Source: a virus. From it: a stretch of 64,000 bases of DNA. The notes under the pieces were generated by a model, which made no database searches, was not told the DNA's origin, and was given only the letters and a program-made list of their open reading frames with translations. The stretch lies in the IMG/VR virus record IMGVR_UViG_650716067_000001. The stretch is one strand, 5' to 3'. A program made the position numbers and the translations under genes. Shown in pieces: positions 36,975 to 47,565 of the stretch (position 1 is the first letter of the stretch; the number at the start of each line of letters is the position of its first letter).

Positions 36975-37015
36975 ATGTTATGGTTTTGCAACCCCAGAAA
37001 TGCCTTGATTTTCCG
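36975..37015 (-). promoter_or_regulatory. Late promoter motif CGGAAAA-N28-TAACAT (portal operon)
   Basis: Direct count on minus strand. Confidence 0.75.
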
Positions 37016-37032
37016 CAACAGATACGCGTTAC

Positions 37033-37073
37033 CGGAAAACTGCGGGTAAGCGCGTTTTTTCAGAAGGCATTAT
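37033..37073 (+). promoter_or_regulatory. Late promoter motif CGGAAAA-N28-CATTAT (protease operon)
   Basis: Direct count; back-to-back with portal promoter. Confidence 0.75.
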
Positions 37074-37103
37074 TGACTCAATTAGACAAAACAAGGAGTC
37101 AAT

Positions 37104-37952
37104 ATGCCTATATCTACACCAATGATTCAGTATTCCCTCAAAGACAGGGGGCGAAAGCATACCGGGCAGGCGCGTAATTTCAATACTAAATTGATATGCG
37201 ACGCTATTAATAGCCCAGCTTGTCAGGAAATGGTTTCATCCCGTGGGATGGTGGGATATTACGGCCATTTCCCGCGCGTGCGCTTTGGCATGATGCCATC
37301 GGAGGGCGGTATGGATGGCGGCAAGTATGTGCCGGTCGATCCCGCATTCGTTACCACACACCTGAGCGCAACACCAGAGGGAATCATCCGGCATCAGGCT
37401 GAATTCCTGGATACCGCAGCGGGAATAATTGCGGCTAAGGCATGGAATGGCAGGGTTGGCGGGTTTTCTTCCGCGATTGATGAGAAAAAGCCAGCGTTCT
37501 ACGGTTTTGACTACGTGATGCAGCCGAATTACCTGGGCAATTCTTTCCGTGGCGTGGTTTTGGATGATGTCATGGGCGGCAATTTAGGTGAGCTGACTTA
37601 CGACGACATCTACGCGGCTGAGCAAGACGAGCAGAAACAAGCAATGGTTATGCTGCTGGATAGCTTGGATCGTGAGCGCAACGTTTCCAGCGAAACAATA
37701 GAGCGGTTGCAGCAAGAAAACGAGCAATTGCTATCGATGCTGGCAAAGAAAGGTATCGACCCTTCCATGGTGCTTGATGCGTCTTATATTGCGCCCATCA
37801 TGGTATCCGGTGGAACGCTTGATTCAATCCAGCGGGATATGGAAAGTTTCAAAAACATGGATTCGTTACCAGGTTTTGTTTCCCCCGTGAAAGAGGTAAA
37901 GGAAGAAGCCGGTTCTGTTGTCAGTCGCATGCTTAATAGATTTGCACGGTAG
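37104..37952 (+). CDS. Prohead protease / head-processing protein, P1 Pro-like
   Basis: GYYGH, HQAEFLDT..G, GGFSS, GFDYV..PNY. Confidence 0.75.
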   Translation: MPISTPMIQYSLKDRGRKHTGQARNFNTKLICDAINSPACQEMVSSRGMVGYYGHFPRVRFGMMPSEGGMDGGKYVPVDPAFVTTHLSATPEGIIRHQAEFLDTAAGIIAAKAWNGRVGGFSSAIDEKKPAFYGFDYVMQPNYLGNSFRGVVLDDVMGGNLGELTYDDIYAAEQDEQKQAMVMLLDSLDRERNVSSETIERLQQENEQLLSMLAKKGIDPSMVLDASYIAPIMVSGGTLDSIQRDMESFKNMDSLPGFVSPVKEVKEEAGSVVSRMLNRFAR

Positions 37953-37960
37953 GGCGGGGA

Positions 37961-38686
37961 ATGCTTGAGCCAGTCAAAGTAGCTTTTGGTGAATATATGG
38001 GCGCGTTCTACGCGGGAATAGCGCCTACCACCAGCGGGCTGCATGAATATGTTGCGCGCGGTCTCGCAAAAAGCATTGCGTGGGCACCTTCGAGAATGGT
38101 TGATGCTATAGAAGATATGCTTTCAGCATGGCAGCGCAACGATACCGATGGCGCACCCACCCAACCGGCAAAGATGCCCATTATCTTTGTGGCCATAGCA
38201 AAAGATTACACGCCCTCCGGACGTGATTACACGCGGCAAATATCCGAACAAGTGGAAGTCATATTGCCGGGCGATACCAAAGAGCGTGATTTCAAGGTGC
38301 GGGTTATTTCTGGCGATGTTCGCGCGCAGGTTGTGTTTTGTGCATTCGATGAACCAACCGCCAGATCATTGGCAGCCCAGTTCCTTTTATATCTGGACAA
38401 CATGGAGAATAGGCGTTTTTTCGCCACCTACACGTTTGCCGGTCAGGATCTCACTTGGCCGGTGCAAATTGAATCCCCAGACAATCCCGCCATGTCCATT
38501 CAAACGGACTCGAAGAATTTAACAATACTGGCATGCGATGTCACATTAAGAGCATCGATACCATTATTCAGCGCGCCTGCAGATAGCGACCCGAATGATG
38601 GTAAGGGCACCGATGGAGATCCAAGCGACCCGTCTGGATATCAAGTGGTTGTGCAAGTTAACTACGATAAGGAGGATGTGCTTTGA
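37961..38686 (+). CDS. Virion morphogenesis protein
   Basis: 241-aa ORF in late operon. Confidence 0.55.
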   Translation: MLEPVKVAFGEYMGAFYAGIAPTTSGLHEYVARGLAKSIAWAPSRMVDAIEDMLSAWQRNDTDGAPTQPAKMPIIFVAIAKDYTPSGRDYTRQISEQVEVILPGDTKERDFKVRVISGDVRAQVVFCAFDEPTARSLAAQFLLYLDNMENRRFFATYTFAGQDLTWPVQIESPDNPAMSIQTDSKNLTILACDVTLRASIPLFSAPADSDPNDGKGTDGDPSDPSGYQVVVQVNYDKEDVL

Positions 38687-39018
38687 TGGAAATCTACATT
38701 GATGCTGATGTTGATCTGCTAAATAACCTTGCCCTGGGTTGGCTATTAATCGGATTGGTCTGGGCGCTAATCGTGCTGCGGATGTGCGCGAGGAATCAGG
38801 ATGATTATGAGTTTATCAATCAGAAGCTTGGGATTGTCATTCTGGCCGCTGTTATCGGATGGCCGTACAACTTGTTCTGCTGGATATTCTCATGGCCCGG
38901 GTGGTTAATGCCTGCTAAAGATGTGTTATGGGGTGAGAGCACTCCCACATTTATGGTTGTAGTGGTTTACCCCTTAATTGCTTCTGTCATTATCGCCTTT
39001 CTTGTCGGAGCGCTATGA
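38686..39018 (+). CDS. Multi-pass membrane protein
   Basis: Three hydrophobic helices. Confidence 0.5.
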   Translation: MEIYIDADVDLLNNLALGWLLIGLVWALIVLRMCARNQDDYEFINQKLGIVILAAVIGWPYNLFCWIFSWPGWLMPAKDVLWGESTPTFMVVVVYPLIASVIIAFLVGAL

Positions 39019-39503
39019 TCAAAATCCAAGCCACATTCATTGGCTATGGCGGGCGCGCCTGCACCCTGTTTTCGGCTATTGATCCTGATTCTAATGTTCT
39101 GGTTGTCAGCGTTGAATCTGACTACAGAACTGACCGCATGGATGGCTGTATCGTCATAACCAACAACCCAGAAATACCCTACGACAGCTTATTTACTGAT
39201 GACGATATCAAGGCTGCGATATCCGCTTTCTTTGCGTTCAAGACCGGCTTTGCCAATGACAACAAAAGCCAAAGATTGGTGTTTTCGGAGCGGGCTACTA
39301 GATCAAACCCAGAACAAACGATTGAAAAGGATGGAATGGATTCATCCGGACCGCGTTTTCGCATATCTGAAGGCATTACCTGCGGGCAGATGGCGGCATT
39401 AGCAACCTGCTTGCACGCTTCGCGTTCCGGCACGATTGAGCAAGCGCTGGATATGTTTGATGCGCTTAACGCACTTACACGCGGCGAAATTATCACTATT
39501 TGA
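39015..39503 (+). CDS. Virion morphogenesis protein
   Basis: 162-aa ORF, overlapping starts and stops. Confidence 0.55.
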   Translation: MIKIQATFIGYGGRACTLFSAIDPDSNVLVVSVESDYRTDRMDGCIVITNNPEIPYDSLFTDDDIKAAISAFFAFKTGFANDNKSQRLVFSERATRSNPEQTIEKDGMDSSGPRFRISEGITCGQMAALATCLHASRSGTIEQALDMFDALNALTRGEIITI

Positions 39504-39847
39504 GGATTCCGCTGATGATAGATAAGAACTCCACTGCGGCCAAAAATTTCTATAAAGAAATACGCCTATTCTCTGAAAGAACCAAATCCTGGGAAACGCA
39601 GATATCGTATGAAACCAAACCAGATGAGGCGCATGATCTGACGCTGGTTTCGCAACGTGTCTATGGCCGCCGTGATGAATTTCTGGTGATTATGGCAGCT
39701 GCAGGTCTGGATATGGTCGATCAAGCTTTGCCGCAAAAGCGCCTGACATTGCCTACTGAGGCGCAGCTATACGCCATTAAACGCAGAACAGGGTTTGAAT
39801 CAAAGGCAGATAGCCGGTTTAATTTCTCCCCCACCTGGGCGGCCTAG
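39500..39847 (+). CDS. Baseplate protein with LysM-like fold, P1 gp26-like
   Basis: YETKPDEAHDLTLVSQRVYGRRDE...LTLP. Confidence 0.55.
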   Translation: MRIPLMIDKNSTAAKNFYKEIRLFSERTKSWETQISYETKPDEAHDLTLVSQRVYGRRDEFLVIMAAAGLDMVDQALPQKRLTLPTEAQLYAIKRRTGFESKADSRFNFSPTWAA

Positions 39848-39856
39848 CGTCAAATC

Positions 39857-40942
39857 ATGGTCAATGTATTCTTAGGCAAGATCAAGGGACATATCAGCGA
39901 GGCCAAAGATCGCGCCAAAGCCGACAGGCTTGAGCGGGAGGCTGCGGAAAAGTCACCCAATTCTATAATACTTACTAAGCGCGAAGTTCAAGGCGAATGG
40001 GATGCCAGCCGGGTGCTTTTTACAACCTTAGGTGGTGCCGTGCGCCCGATCACAACCAATGATCTGGCGCAATTCCGTCACAATATGCGGATGGCGCAAA
40101 AGAACTTTAACGGCGATGGTATTACCGCCCGTCAGGTTATAGACCTTGCGTCATCCAAACCGCTTAAGGTTCCTGGATCAGATAGCGACATCGATAGAGC
40201 TAGAAACGAGATCAAAATGGCGGTTCCGGTTTCGGCATTTAACAATGAGGTACGCTTCATTACCAATGCTGGCCCGAACTCCGATGTTACCAGGCATCAT
40301 GTTCTTGTGCGCTTCAATGCGTTTGCTGAAGCCGCCAATAAGCTGATGGCATCGACCGCCAAAGAGCGTAAAGATCCCAAACAAACCGCCAATTGGCTCA
40401 GAAAACAAAAGCTGGCATTCGATTGTGATTGCGGGCGGCATCGGTACTGGTTTCGTTATATCAGCACTATCGGGAATTTCAACGCCGGTCGAAAAGAACT
40501 TGGGTTTCCAAAAATACGCAATCCAAACCTGAAGGGCGTGGCGTGCAAGCACGTTCTGCGCGTCATGTCTGAGGTCGAGTCATCCACGTCTATGCTGAAT
40601 TTCCTATCGAAACACATGGAAAAGCTGCGTGATTCCCAAGACAACACAGCCAAGCATCGAATAAAGCAGAAAGAGCATGACGATGAGATCAAAAAGAAAG
40701 CGAAGGCGCGTGTAAACGCCATCAAAACCAGTGATCAGCGTGCAGCAGAGAGAAAAAGAGCCAAAGAGCGCGAATCCCTGCATAAAAAAGCAAAGCAGGC
40801 AACACGCATGACCAAGAAACCAGCCGCCACGCGCAGGATAGAAGCCGCGCTTGCAGCGGGAAAATTGTCTGCATCGGATCTTGAAGTATTACGCAGGCTG
40901 GGATTCACCGATAAGCAGGTTGCTGCAAAATTAAAAGAATAG
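39857..40942 (+). CDS. SWIM-type Zn-finger tail protein, P1 gp25-like
   Basis: FDCDCGRHRYWFRY...FPKIRNPNLKGVACKHV. Confidence 0.7.
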   Translation: MVNVFLGKIKGHISEAKDRAKADRLEREAAEKSPNSIILTKREVQGEWDASRVLFTTLGGAVRPITTNDLAQFRHNMRMAQKNFNGDGITARQVIDLASSKPLKVPGSDSDIDRARNEIKMAVPVSAFNNEVRFITNAGPNSDVTRHHVLVRFNAFAEAANKLMASTAKERKDPKQTANWLRKQKLAFDCDCGRHRYWFRYISTIGNFNAGRKELGFPKIRNPNLKGVACKHVLRVMSEVESSTSMLNFLSKHMEKLRDSQDNTAKHRIKQKEHDDEIKKKAKARVNAIKTSDQRAAERKRAKERESLHKKAKQATRMTKKPAATRRIEAALAAGKLSASDLEVLRRLGFTDKQVAAKLKE

Positions 40943-40949
40943 GAGCGAT

Positions 40950-41438
40950 ATGTTAACGAATGTACCGAAAGGAATTAATCGCATGGCGCGCAATATCGTC
41001 ATCAATCACCCTAATTCATTTGAGTGCCAGATCTACAGGAAGTATGTTAATAGAAACAATGAATCGATGATTTCTGGTATGCCAACGATTGGCGGGATTG
41101 GTGTCATGAGCGCGGAAGATGAGGAGGATATTTCCTACGATTTCCTTGGCAGCGGCTATGCGCTTCAGGCTGAGCCATTCTCGCCATCGCCGATGATGGA
41201 GCGGCAGGATGCGAATAATGGATTTGCCAATGAATTTCGTTTCCTGATTGAGCCAGAACAGCCTACCGGGGCAGATGGCAGCTTCATGATAAAGAAAGGC
41301 GATGTGATGCTTATCGTGATATCAGATGAGGTTAGATTGGCATACGAGATAGTAGAACCTGAGACGGTTATGAATATCAGTCCGTTCGCAATGCGCTATG
41401 TAACAAACCGCCGTGGTGATTTAGACCTGCTCGGTTGA
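40950..41438 (+). CDS. Virion structural protein, head-closure-like
   Basis: 162-aa ORF with RBS before capsid. Confidence 0.45.
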   Translation: MLTNVPKGINRMARNIVINHPNSFECQIYRKYVNRNNESMISGMPTIGGIGVMSAEDEEDISYDFLGSGYALQAEPFSPSPMMERQDANNGFANEFRFLIEPEQPTGADGSFMIKKGDVMLIVISDEVRLAYEIVEPETVMNISPFAMRYVTNRRGDLDLLG

Positions 41439-41444
41439 TAAAAC

Positions 41445-41485
41445 CGGAAAAACCCCCGTTTCAGCAAATTTCCAGATTCCAGAAT
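41445..41485 (+). promoter_or_regulatory. Late promoter motif CGGAAAA-N28-CAGAAT (capsid operon)
   Basis: Direct count. Confidence 0.75.
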
Positions 41486-41568
41486 AGGCACTTACCAATG
41501 TTTTAAAACGTTGGAGGTGCCCGGTCATCCGTCCGGGTGAGAAATGTTAACCATAGGACAGAAGAATT

Positions 41569-43263
41569 ATGACCAAGCGAACGGTTCACCAAGAATATCT
41601 CAAGAAACAAACCGCCGAAGTAGCAGTATTTGCGGCTGGGTTGCGAGATCAAGGCACAAACAAAGACGGCACCTTCGATTCTGCGGCTGCTAATGATTTT
41701 ATGGCAGCGGCGATCAACCAGAATAATACTGGCGTAAAAGTTCCGGAAAACCTGCAAATAGTCCTGGATGAAATGCCATCTGGAGAAAAAGGCGATGCTG
41801 CGCGGAATGCTGTTACACGGGCGATTCTTGACGGTATTGATATCTACGAATCGCAGCACGGTTGCAATGCCCCCGCAGACATTATTGAGCTTGGCTTGCA
41901 TTTAGCATACTCAACGAGCGATACCGCGAAAAGAAAGTACAAGTTTGATTCTGCCACTTCAGACCATCAAGACAATCTTGGATTGCAGCCGAATCGCGCC
42001 GTGCTTGCCATATTGTCTACCATGGGTGATGCAATTCCTTTTGCACATTATCTGCCAGCGGATATTGGTTCTAACAAAGGCGTTCTGGCTGTTATGGCGC
42101 ATCAGGCAGGCAACACCTACGGTCAGTACGCTGCAGGCGGATCAATGGATGGTGCTAACTCAGGCAATTCATACATCTCAGCATCGCGCGTTCACGTATC
42201 TTTGCCAGCGGTATCTACCGGTGCCGTTACGGGCGCGCTAACAGCGGTTCAGGCAACCGATGAAACTTGTGATTCAGCAGCGGCAACAATCAAACTGTTG
42301 CGTGGCAGAACATTGGTTTATGTCAATGGCGTGGTTGCTGCAAAAGAGGTGGATCAAACAGGTTCTGGCAGTTCCACAATTAGCGGGACGATCAATGTTG
42401 CTGGAACTGATTATGTCATCGGCGGATCGATCAATACCGATACCGGCGTTTATTCACTGACCACAACCCCGGCATTAGGCACAACCGTTCCTGTGGCGGT
42501 GGAAGGTTTTGTTGATTACGAGCGCGCACCAGAATTCACGCCATCCATCATAGCCGCCGCCACCATGTACGAATTGTACGCTTCACCATGGAGAGCGATC
42601 ACTCAAATAACCATTGATTCAGCCACGCAAATGTCAAATGAGCTTGGTCTTGATCCCTATGGCGAGAGCATTCTTTCTATCCAAAATCAATTCTCCAATG
42701 AGCGGCATTACCAGGTTCTGCTCAAGGCGCGTCGTTTGGCCAAAAACAACAGCATTGATTATGACTTCGACTGGCCTAACCAAAAAGGACAGAAAACCCG
42801 TGCGCAAATTTGGCTCGACTTCGCCACTCCACTGGGCGCGGTATCGCAACAAATGGCTGTTGATACGATGGATCACGGCATTACGCACATGTATGTCGGC
42901 AAATACATTGCCTCTGCTTGGATGTCATTGCCGCGCGAAATATTTGAGCCTTCTGGAATCGCTGAAAGACCCGGCATATACCGTATCGGTCGTTTGTTCG
43001 GTCGTATTGACGTGTATTACACACCAAAAGGTTTGACTGACACAGCGGCTGCTGGGCAAATTCTTTGCATCGGTAAAGCTACTAACGTTGCGCTCAATCC
43101 GTTTGTCTTGGGTGATGCGACAGCGCCAATCGTTCAACCATTAGCCGTTAATGCTGACATGAAGCGTGGGGCTGCGTTCTATGCGCGCAATTTCACCGCA
43201 GTTAACCCATACAAGCAAGCTTCTCTTGGGTGCGCGATTATCAACGTTACAAACATGATCTAA
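41569..43263 (+). CDS. Major capsid protein, P1 gp23-like
   Basis: 564 aa; RGRTLVYVN, GRLFGRIDVY, GDATAP recall P1 gp23; followed by sheath. Confidence 0.85.
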   Translation: MTKRTVHQEYLKKQTAEVAVFAAGLRDQGTNKDGTFDSAAANDFMAAAINQNNTGVKVPENLQIVLDEMPSGEKGDAARNAVTRAILDGIDIYESQHGCNAPADIIELGLHLAYSTSDTAKRKYKFDSATSDHQDNLGLQPNRAVLAILSTMGDAIPFAHYLPADIGSNKGVLAVMAHQAGNTYGQYAAGGSMDGANSGNSYISASRVHVSLPAVSTGAVTGALTAVQATDETCDSAAATIKLLRGRTLVYVNGVVAAKEVDQTGSGSSTISGTINVAGTDYVIGGSINTDTGVYSLTTTPALGTTVPVAVEGFVDYERAPEFTPSIIAAATMYELYASPWRAITQITIDSATQMSNELGLDPYGESILSIQNQFSNERHYQVLLKARRLAKNNSIDYDFDWPNQKGQKTRAQIWLDFATPLGAVSQQMAVDTMDHGITHMYVGKYIASAWMSLPREIFEPSGIAERPGIYRIGRLFGRIDVYYTPKGLTDTAAAGQILCIGKATNVALNPFVLGDATAPIVQPLAVNADMKRGAAFYARNFTAVNPYKQASLGCAIINVTNMI

Positions 43264-43320
43264 GCGTCAGATTAATAACTGAAGCAAATTCAAAGTAACG
43301 TTAATAAGGAGTTAGCAATT

Positions 43321-43827
43321 ATGGCAAGAAAAATAGAACTGGGATCACCTTCATTCGTGAAGGTGGCCATTGCCAGCTTAATCGGGGCATTCGCTGACGC
43401 GACCTACCCGGTTAAGGTGGTTATCACAAACAACATGCCACGGGATATTTCCTTGCCTGACATTGGATTATTCCTGCGGCATGTATGCAATCCGGAAGGC
43501 GAGAACAGGCGCGAAGTTGAGTTACAAGGCTTCGATCAATTGCAGCGCCTGGCCTCGAATATCGGGCAAATATCCATGCTGAATGATTACCAGTATGCGG
43601 CCATGACCGTTGAGGAAGTGGTTGATGAGCCTGTGCAAGATGATTCTGAAGCGGAAGCCAAGGCCAGCGCTGAGGCTGAAGCGGATGCTGCAAGAGTTCA
43701 AGCTGAACTTGAAGCTGCCGCTGAAAAGGCTAAGGCTGATGCTGAGAAGGAAGCGGCTGAAGCAGAGGCAAAGGCCAAAGCTGATGCAAAAAAAGCGTCT
43801 AGTTCCCACAAAACTAAAGGGGGGTAA
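43321..43827 (+). CDS. Hypothetical virion protein with Ala/Glu/Lys-rich tail
   Basis: EAEAKA-type repeats. Confidence 0.55.
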   Translation: MARKIELGSPSFVKVAIASLIGAFADATYPVKVVITNNMPRDISLPDIGLFLRHVCNPEGENRREVELQGFDQLQRLASNIGQISMLNDYQYAAMTVEEVVDEPVQDDSEAEAKASAEAEADAARVQAELEAAAEKAKADAEKEAAEAEAKAKADAKKASSSHKTKGG

Positions 43828-43833
43828 TAAACC

Positions 43834-45699
43834 ATGTCCGTTAATTTTGTGAGACAGCTTGGCTCTGAAGTGGGCGTGCAGCTTAACCCGCTGCGCGACA
43901 ATTCAGAAATACCAGCCTCTGTAAATGGAGATCAGGTATTTGCAATCATGATGCGTTCTCTACGCGGTCGAATCGACAAACCTTTCAAGGTGGATCGTGG
44001 AAACGTCAAGAGAAAGCTGGGTAATGGTGAGCAAATCCGGGTATCGGCATTGAATGAAGCCTGGGTGCATGTGGTGGAGGCATTGAATAATGGCGCGTAT
44101 GAAGCCGTCGTTCAGCGCCTCGTTACCAGTGCGGCGGTGCTGAAGTGGGCTGTTGTAACAGCGACAACCGATACACCAGCGTTCGCAACTTCACATACAC
44201 CCGCTGTTTTAACGGCCACGGTCAATGCCGGGGCCGTTGCTTCGGTAACTGTTGTGAGTGGCGGCAAGGATTACGCCGGTACTGAGACAATCACCGTGGG
44301 CGGTCCTGGTACTGGCGCGGTGCTAACGCCGGTATTCAGTAACGGGGTTATCACTTCGGTTACGGTAACAACCCCTGGAACCGGATATTCAACTGCGCCA
44401 GCATTATCGTGCTTGCCAGCAGCAACGGAGCCGGTGGGAACGTATCTGATTGCAATTAAACACCTGGAATGCTTTAACGACGGCATTAAAGTAGAAATTC
44501 GCGCGGATGAAAAGAAATCTGGTGGATCTGCGGTAGCAAACGCTACGCTTACTCTGCGCATCAAGGATAAAGACGGTCTGCTGCTGTATGAATTCACTGG
44601 CTCTTTAGATCCGCTTGCGAAGGATGATTTTGGCGCATCTGCTTATCTGCCTGATGTTGTGGCGGCAATCACCGATTCTGTTGTGGTGACTGTCGGTGTA
44701 ACCGGTGCTGCGGCTGATATTGAGCCTACTTCGGATGCTTATGGTTATGACTCAAACGGCAAGGAGAAATGGGCTAAATCAAGCGTTTTGACGTGTTTTG
44801 TTGAGGGCAGTACGACCTATTCAAACGATGATTACGCAGCTGCGCGAATCAAGCTGAACGATACGGTTCACGACTACGCTTATATTGCTTCGGGCGGGTC
44901 TCAGGCCGTGGCATTGTTAAGTGAATTGGCGCAATTGGCGTTTGATACTAACCGTCAACTGCGTTTCGATGTGCCGGGAAGTCTTGATGTGGATGCAGCT
45001 ATCGCATTTGTAGAGCAACTGAATATGGGCGCGAGCCAAACATCGCATTTGATGCAGGCTTTCTGGACCCCGATTAAATCAATCGACCCTACCGGCATCA
45101 ATCCCAAGGGCTTCTTTGGCACAGCCACGCTGAACATTGCTTATGCGTGCCTGCGTAACGCACAGAAAAATGCCAGGGGTTTTGCTCCAAAGAATTACCC
45201 GATAGCTGGTAAAGAATGGCCTGTTCGCAGATCCGGCATGGTTCAGACGTATTTCCCAAGTAACCAGGAATTGAATGCGCTTGCAAAAGCCAAGATAAAT
45301 CCTGTGTTATGGGAAGTATTCTCAGGCGGCGGAAGTTACGTGTTCAGAGATGAGATTACCTGCGCTTTGGTGGATAACAGCTTGAAGAAATTAATCTCGG
45401 TAGCTGATATGTCAACCAGTATTGATGATGCGGTTACCCGCTATGGCAAAGATGTTCTGCTATTGCCAATGCAGGTAGCGGTAAATCGAATGAGTAGTTA
45501 TCTCACCTTGTTGTTTGAGGGCGCGGAAGCTTCGGGTTGGCTGGTTCCAAGCGATTCGCCGGATATGGGCGGCAAGGCGTGGAAATTCGACGTTCGGCCT
45601 AATGCGATACGGCCTTATGACAACATGGATGTTTCGTATTGGCTGCGTTACGACGGTGTTGCAAGACAGATTTTTGTCACGCAAACATTGTCCCGGTAA
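43834..45699 (+). CDS. Contractile tail sheath protein, P1 gp22-like
   Basis: 621 aa; LAKAKINPV, KAWKFDVRPN...VSYWLRYDGVARQI. Confidence 0.8.
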   Translation: MSVNFVRQLGSEVGVQLNPLRDNSEIPASVNGDQVFAIMMRSLRGRIDKPFKVDRGNVKRKLGNGEQIRVSALNEAWVHVVEALNNGAYEAVVQRLVTSAAVLKWAVVTATTDTPAFATSHTPAVLTATVNAGAVASVTVVSGGKDYAGTETITVGGPGTGAVLTPVFSNGVITSVTVTTPGTGYSTAPALSCLPAATEPVGTYLIAIKHLECFNDGIKVEIRADEKKSGGSAVANATLTLRIKDKDGLLLYEFTGSLDPLAKDDFGASAYLPDVVAAITDSVVVTVGVTGAAADIEPTSDAYGYDSNGKEKWAKSSVLTCFVEGSTTYSNDDYAAARIKLNDTVHDYAYIASGGSQAVALLSELAQLAFDTNRQLRFDVPGSLDVDAAIAFVEQLNMGASQTSHLMQAFWTPIKSIDPTGINPKGFFGTATLNIAYACLRNAQKNARGFAPKNYPIAGKEWPVRRSGMVQTYFPSNQELNALAKAKINPVLWEVFSGGGSYVFRDEITCALVDNSLKKLISVADMSTSIDDAVTRYGKDVLLLPMQVAVNRMSSYLTLLFEGAEASGWLVPSDSPDMGGKAWKFDVRPNAIRPYDNMDVSYWLRYDGVARQIFVTQTLSR

Positions 45700-45732
45700 T
45701 TTCTTGGGTATTTATTAAAAGAGGATTAGAAC

Positions 45733-46431
45733 ATGAAATTAGCAAATAGAGCAGTGACTGACGTATTGCGAGACGCAATGAAGAGCGGAGCTTCAACTAA
45801 GCCTGTTCTGGATTCGGTTGAAGATACCGGATCTGAATTGATGGGCGCTGATGACTTCACGTTGAAAGATATTAAATTATCTGTTGCCGCAGTCATACAA
45901 CAATGGGTGGAAACGGATGATCTTGATGATGGCGAAACGTATGCGGATCGCTTGCTGGCATTAATGGTTGGAATCGCTGATGAAAATCATGACGGCGATA
46001 TCACTGATGATGAGCAAGGCGTTCTGGATATGGCGCTCAATGCAGCATGGGACTATTTATCCAGTAAAGGTGCCTCAGACGAGGATCTTGACGTGCTGCT
46101 AAATGACTGGGATGGCGACGTTGCTGACCGCGTGCGCGACCTAGTAGCGTCCGTATTGCCAGAAGGCGAGGATGAATCTGATTCTGATATTGATAACTTC
46201 GCCTTTAGTGCCAGCGATCAGGAACCGGCTTTGGATGCGGCATACAAGATGAAAATGGCGATTCGCAAGGGCAAGAAAATGCGCATCAGAAAGCGCGTAT
46301 CTGGAACCGTTCGATTGAGTGCCGCCCAGAAGGTTGGGCTTCGTAAGGCGCGCATGAAAAGCCACTCAGCCACAGCAAGAATGCGCCGGGCAAAATCGAT
46401 GAAGATTCGCAGAAAAGCTGGATTGAAGTAA
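45733..46431 (+). CDS. Prohead core/scaffold-like protein
   Basis: Acidic body with very basic tail RLSAAQKVGLRKARMKSHSATARMRRAKSMKIRRKAGLK. Confidence 0.55.
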   Translation: MKLANRAVTDVLRDAMKSGASTKPVLDSVEDTGSELMGADDFTLKDIKLSVAAVIQQWVETDDLDDGETYADRLLALMVGIADENHDGDITDDEQGVLDMALNAAWDYLSSKGASDEDLDVLLNDWDGDVADRVRDLVASVLPEGEDESDSDIDNFAFSASDQEPALDAAYKMKMAIRKGKKMRIRKRVSGTVRLSAAQKVGLRKARMKSHSATARMRRAKSMKIRRKAGLK

Positions 46432-46458
46432 TAACATTAGATTAACTGCAGCCCTTGA

Positions 46459-46498
46459 GCGCTACCGTATCGAGAAAAACGTCCGGTAGCGCTTTTTT
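46459..46498 (+). terminator. Intrinsic terminator
   Basis: GCGCTACCG...CGGTAGCGC TTTTT. Confidence 0.7.
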
Positions 46499-46509
46499 AC
46501 ATCTAAATT

Positions 46510-47316
46510 ATGAATAGAACATCATCGCAACCGCCAAGCCTGGAAGGGCAATCACTCTCATCACTTTGGGATGGCCTATCGCCACATTTGATAGCCAGTT
46601 TCTATGAAATCAAGAAAAATGATGACGGTGTTTGGTCGAGAGCCAAAGCAGATCCAGTGACCGTACTTGCTCCGTTGTCTGAAGCCAGCATGGAAATATC
46701 TTTGAGCTGGCAGAGTCCATTTGAGCATGCCGGACCGGAATCGCGCGCGCCCACGCTGCTTGCTATGTTGCAATCGGGTGCATTGATGCCATTAATTGAT
46801 GCCTTTCTGAAAGGCGATGATGCTTCAAGCATGGCCACGCAAGCGCAGCAAAGATCAAATGACTTTATTCGACAATTCGAGGGCAGAACCGGCATTACCA
46901 AACTGAATTCAACGCAAGTATTCAATGGCATGCCGCCTGTTAAGTTTCAGGTTACCGCTTTATTCCGGGCATGGAGTGATCCATTTGCTGAAGTAGAGGC
47001 ACCATTTAACAAGTTAATGGAGTGGGCATTGCCAGTAAAACTTTCTCCCGATGGTTCTGTGCTAGCAAGATCCGCTCAGGCCGTCAAAGGCAACACCGGA
47101 TTTATTGATGCCTTGGTGCCATCCATCGCGCCCACCACAGTAGCTATGAAGTACAAGAATCGCATCTATTCCCCATTGGTTATTGAGGCCATAAATGACC
47201 CGATAGCATCGCCCATTGATAGAAATGGCCGGTATGTTGAGAAGGCGGTAACGATGACACTTGCAACACTGACGGCTATAGATCGGGATGATTGGGTTAA
47301 GTACGGCAGTTTGTAA
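46510..47316 (+). CDS. Baseplate or tail-tube-initiator-like protein
   Basis: WQSPFE, TKLNSTQVFNG; late operon. Confidence 0.5.
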   Translation: MNRTSSQPPSLEGQSLSSLWDGLSPHLIASFYEIKKNDDGVWSRAKADPVTVLAPLSEASMEISLSWQSPFEHAGPESRAPTLLAMLQSGALMPLIDAFLKGDDASSMATQAQQRSNDFIRQFEGRTGITKLNSTQVFNGMPPVKFQVTALFRAWSDPFAEVEAPFNKLMEWALPVKLSPDGSVLARSAQAVKGNTGFIDALVPSIAPTTVAMKYKNRIYSPLVIEAINDPIASPIDRNGRYVEKAVTMTLATLTAIDRDDWVKYGSL

Positions 47317-47565
47317 CTTTTAGCCGCGAAATATTCCATGAATTAAATACAGATGAATCCAGTGCCCCGAGAGAGAGTCCGAAAAAGGGCACTGGGATAT
47401 GGCTTAAACCTACTTCCTTGACGAATCCGGCTATGCTCAGAAAGCACTTCGTCATGCGGTATTCATATTAACTGGGAGTTAGTATGAAATTTAATTATGA
47501 ATATAATTCTCAAATACATCTGTGCGGTAGGTAACAAAACGTACTTCTTGATAGAAATTCAATAG

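Noticed and set aside
41503-41901. Antisense and alternate-frame ORFs throughout (for example 459-893, 5006-5563, 33910-34338, 41503-41901, 51018-51503)
   Set aside because: Shadows of longer motif-bearing genes, with no RBS or family signal
43321-43827. TolA-like host gene
   Set aside because: Ala/Glu/Lys tail is low-complexity, there is no TM anchor, and it sits in the capsid operon
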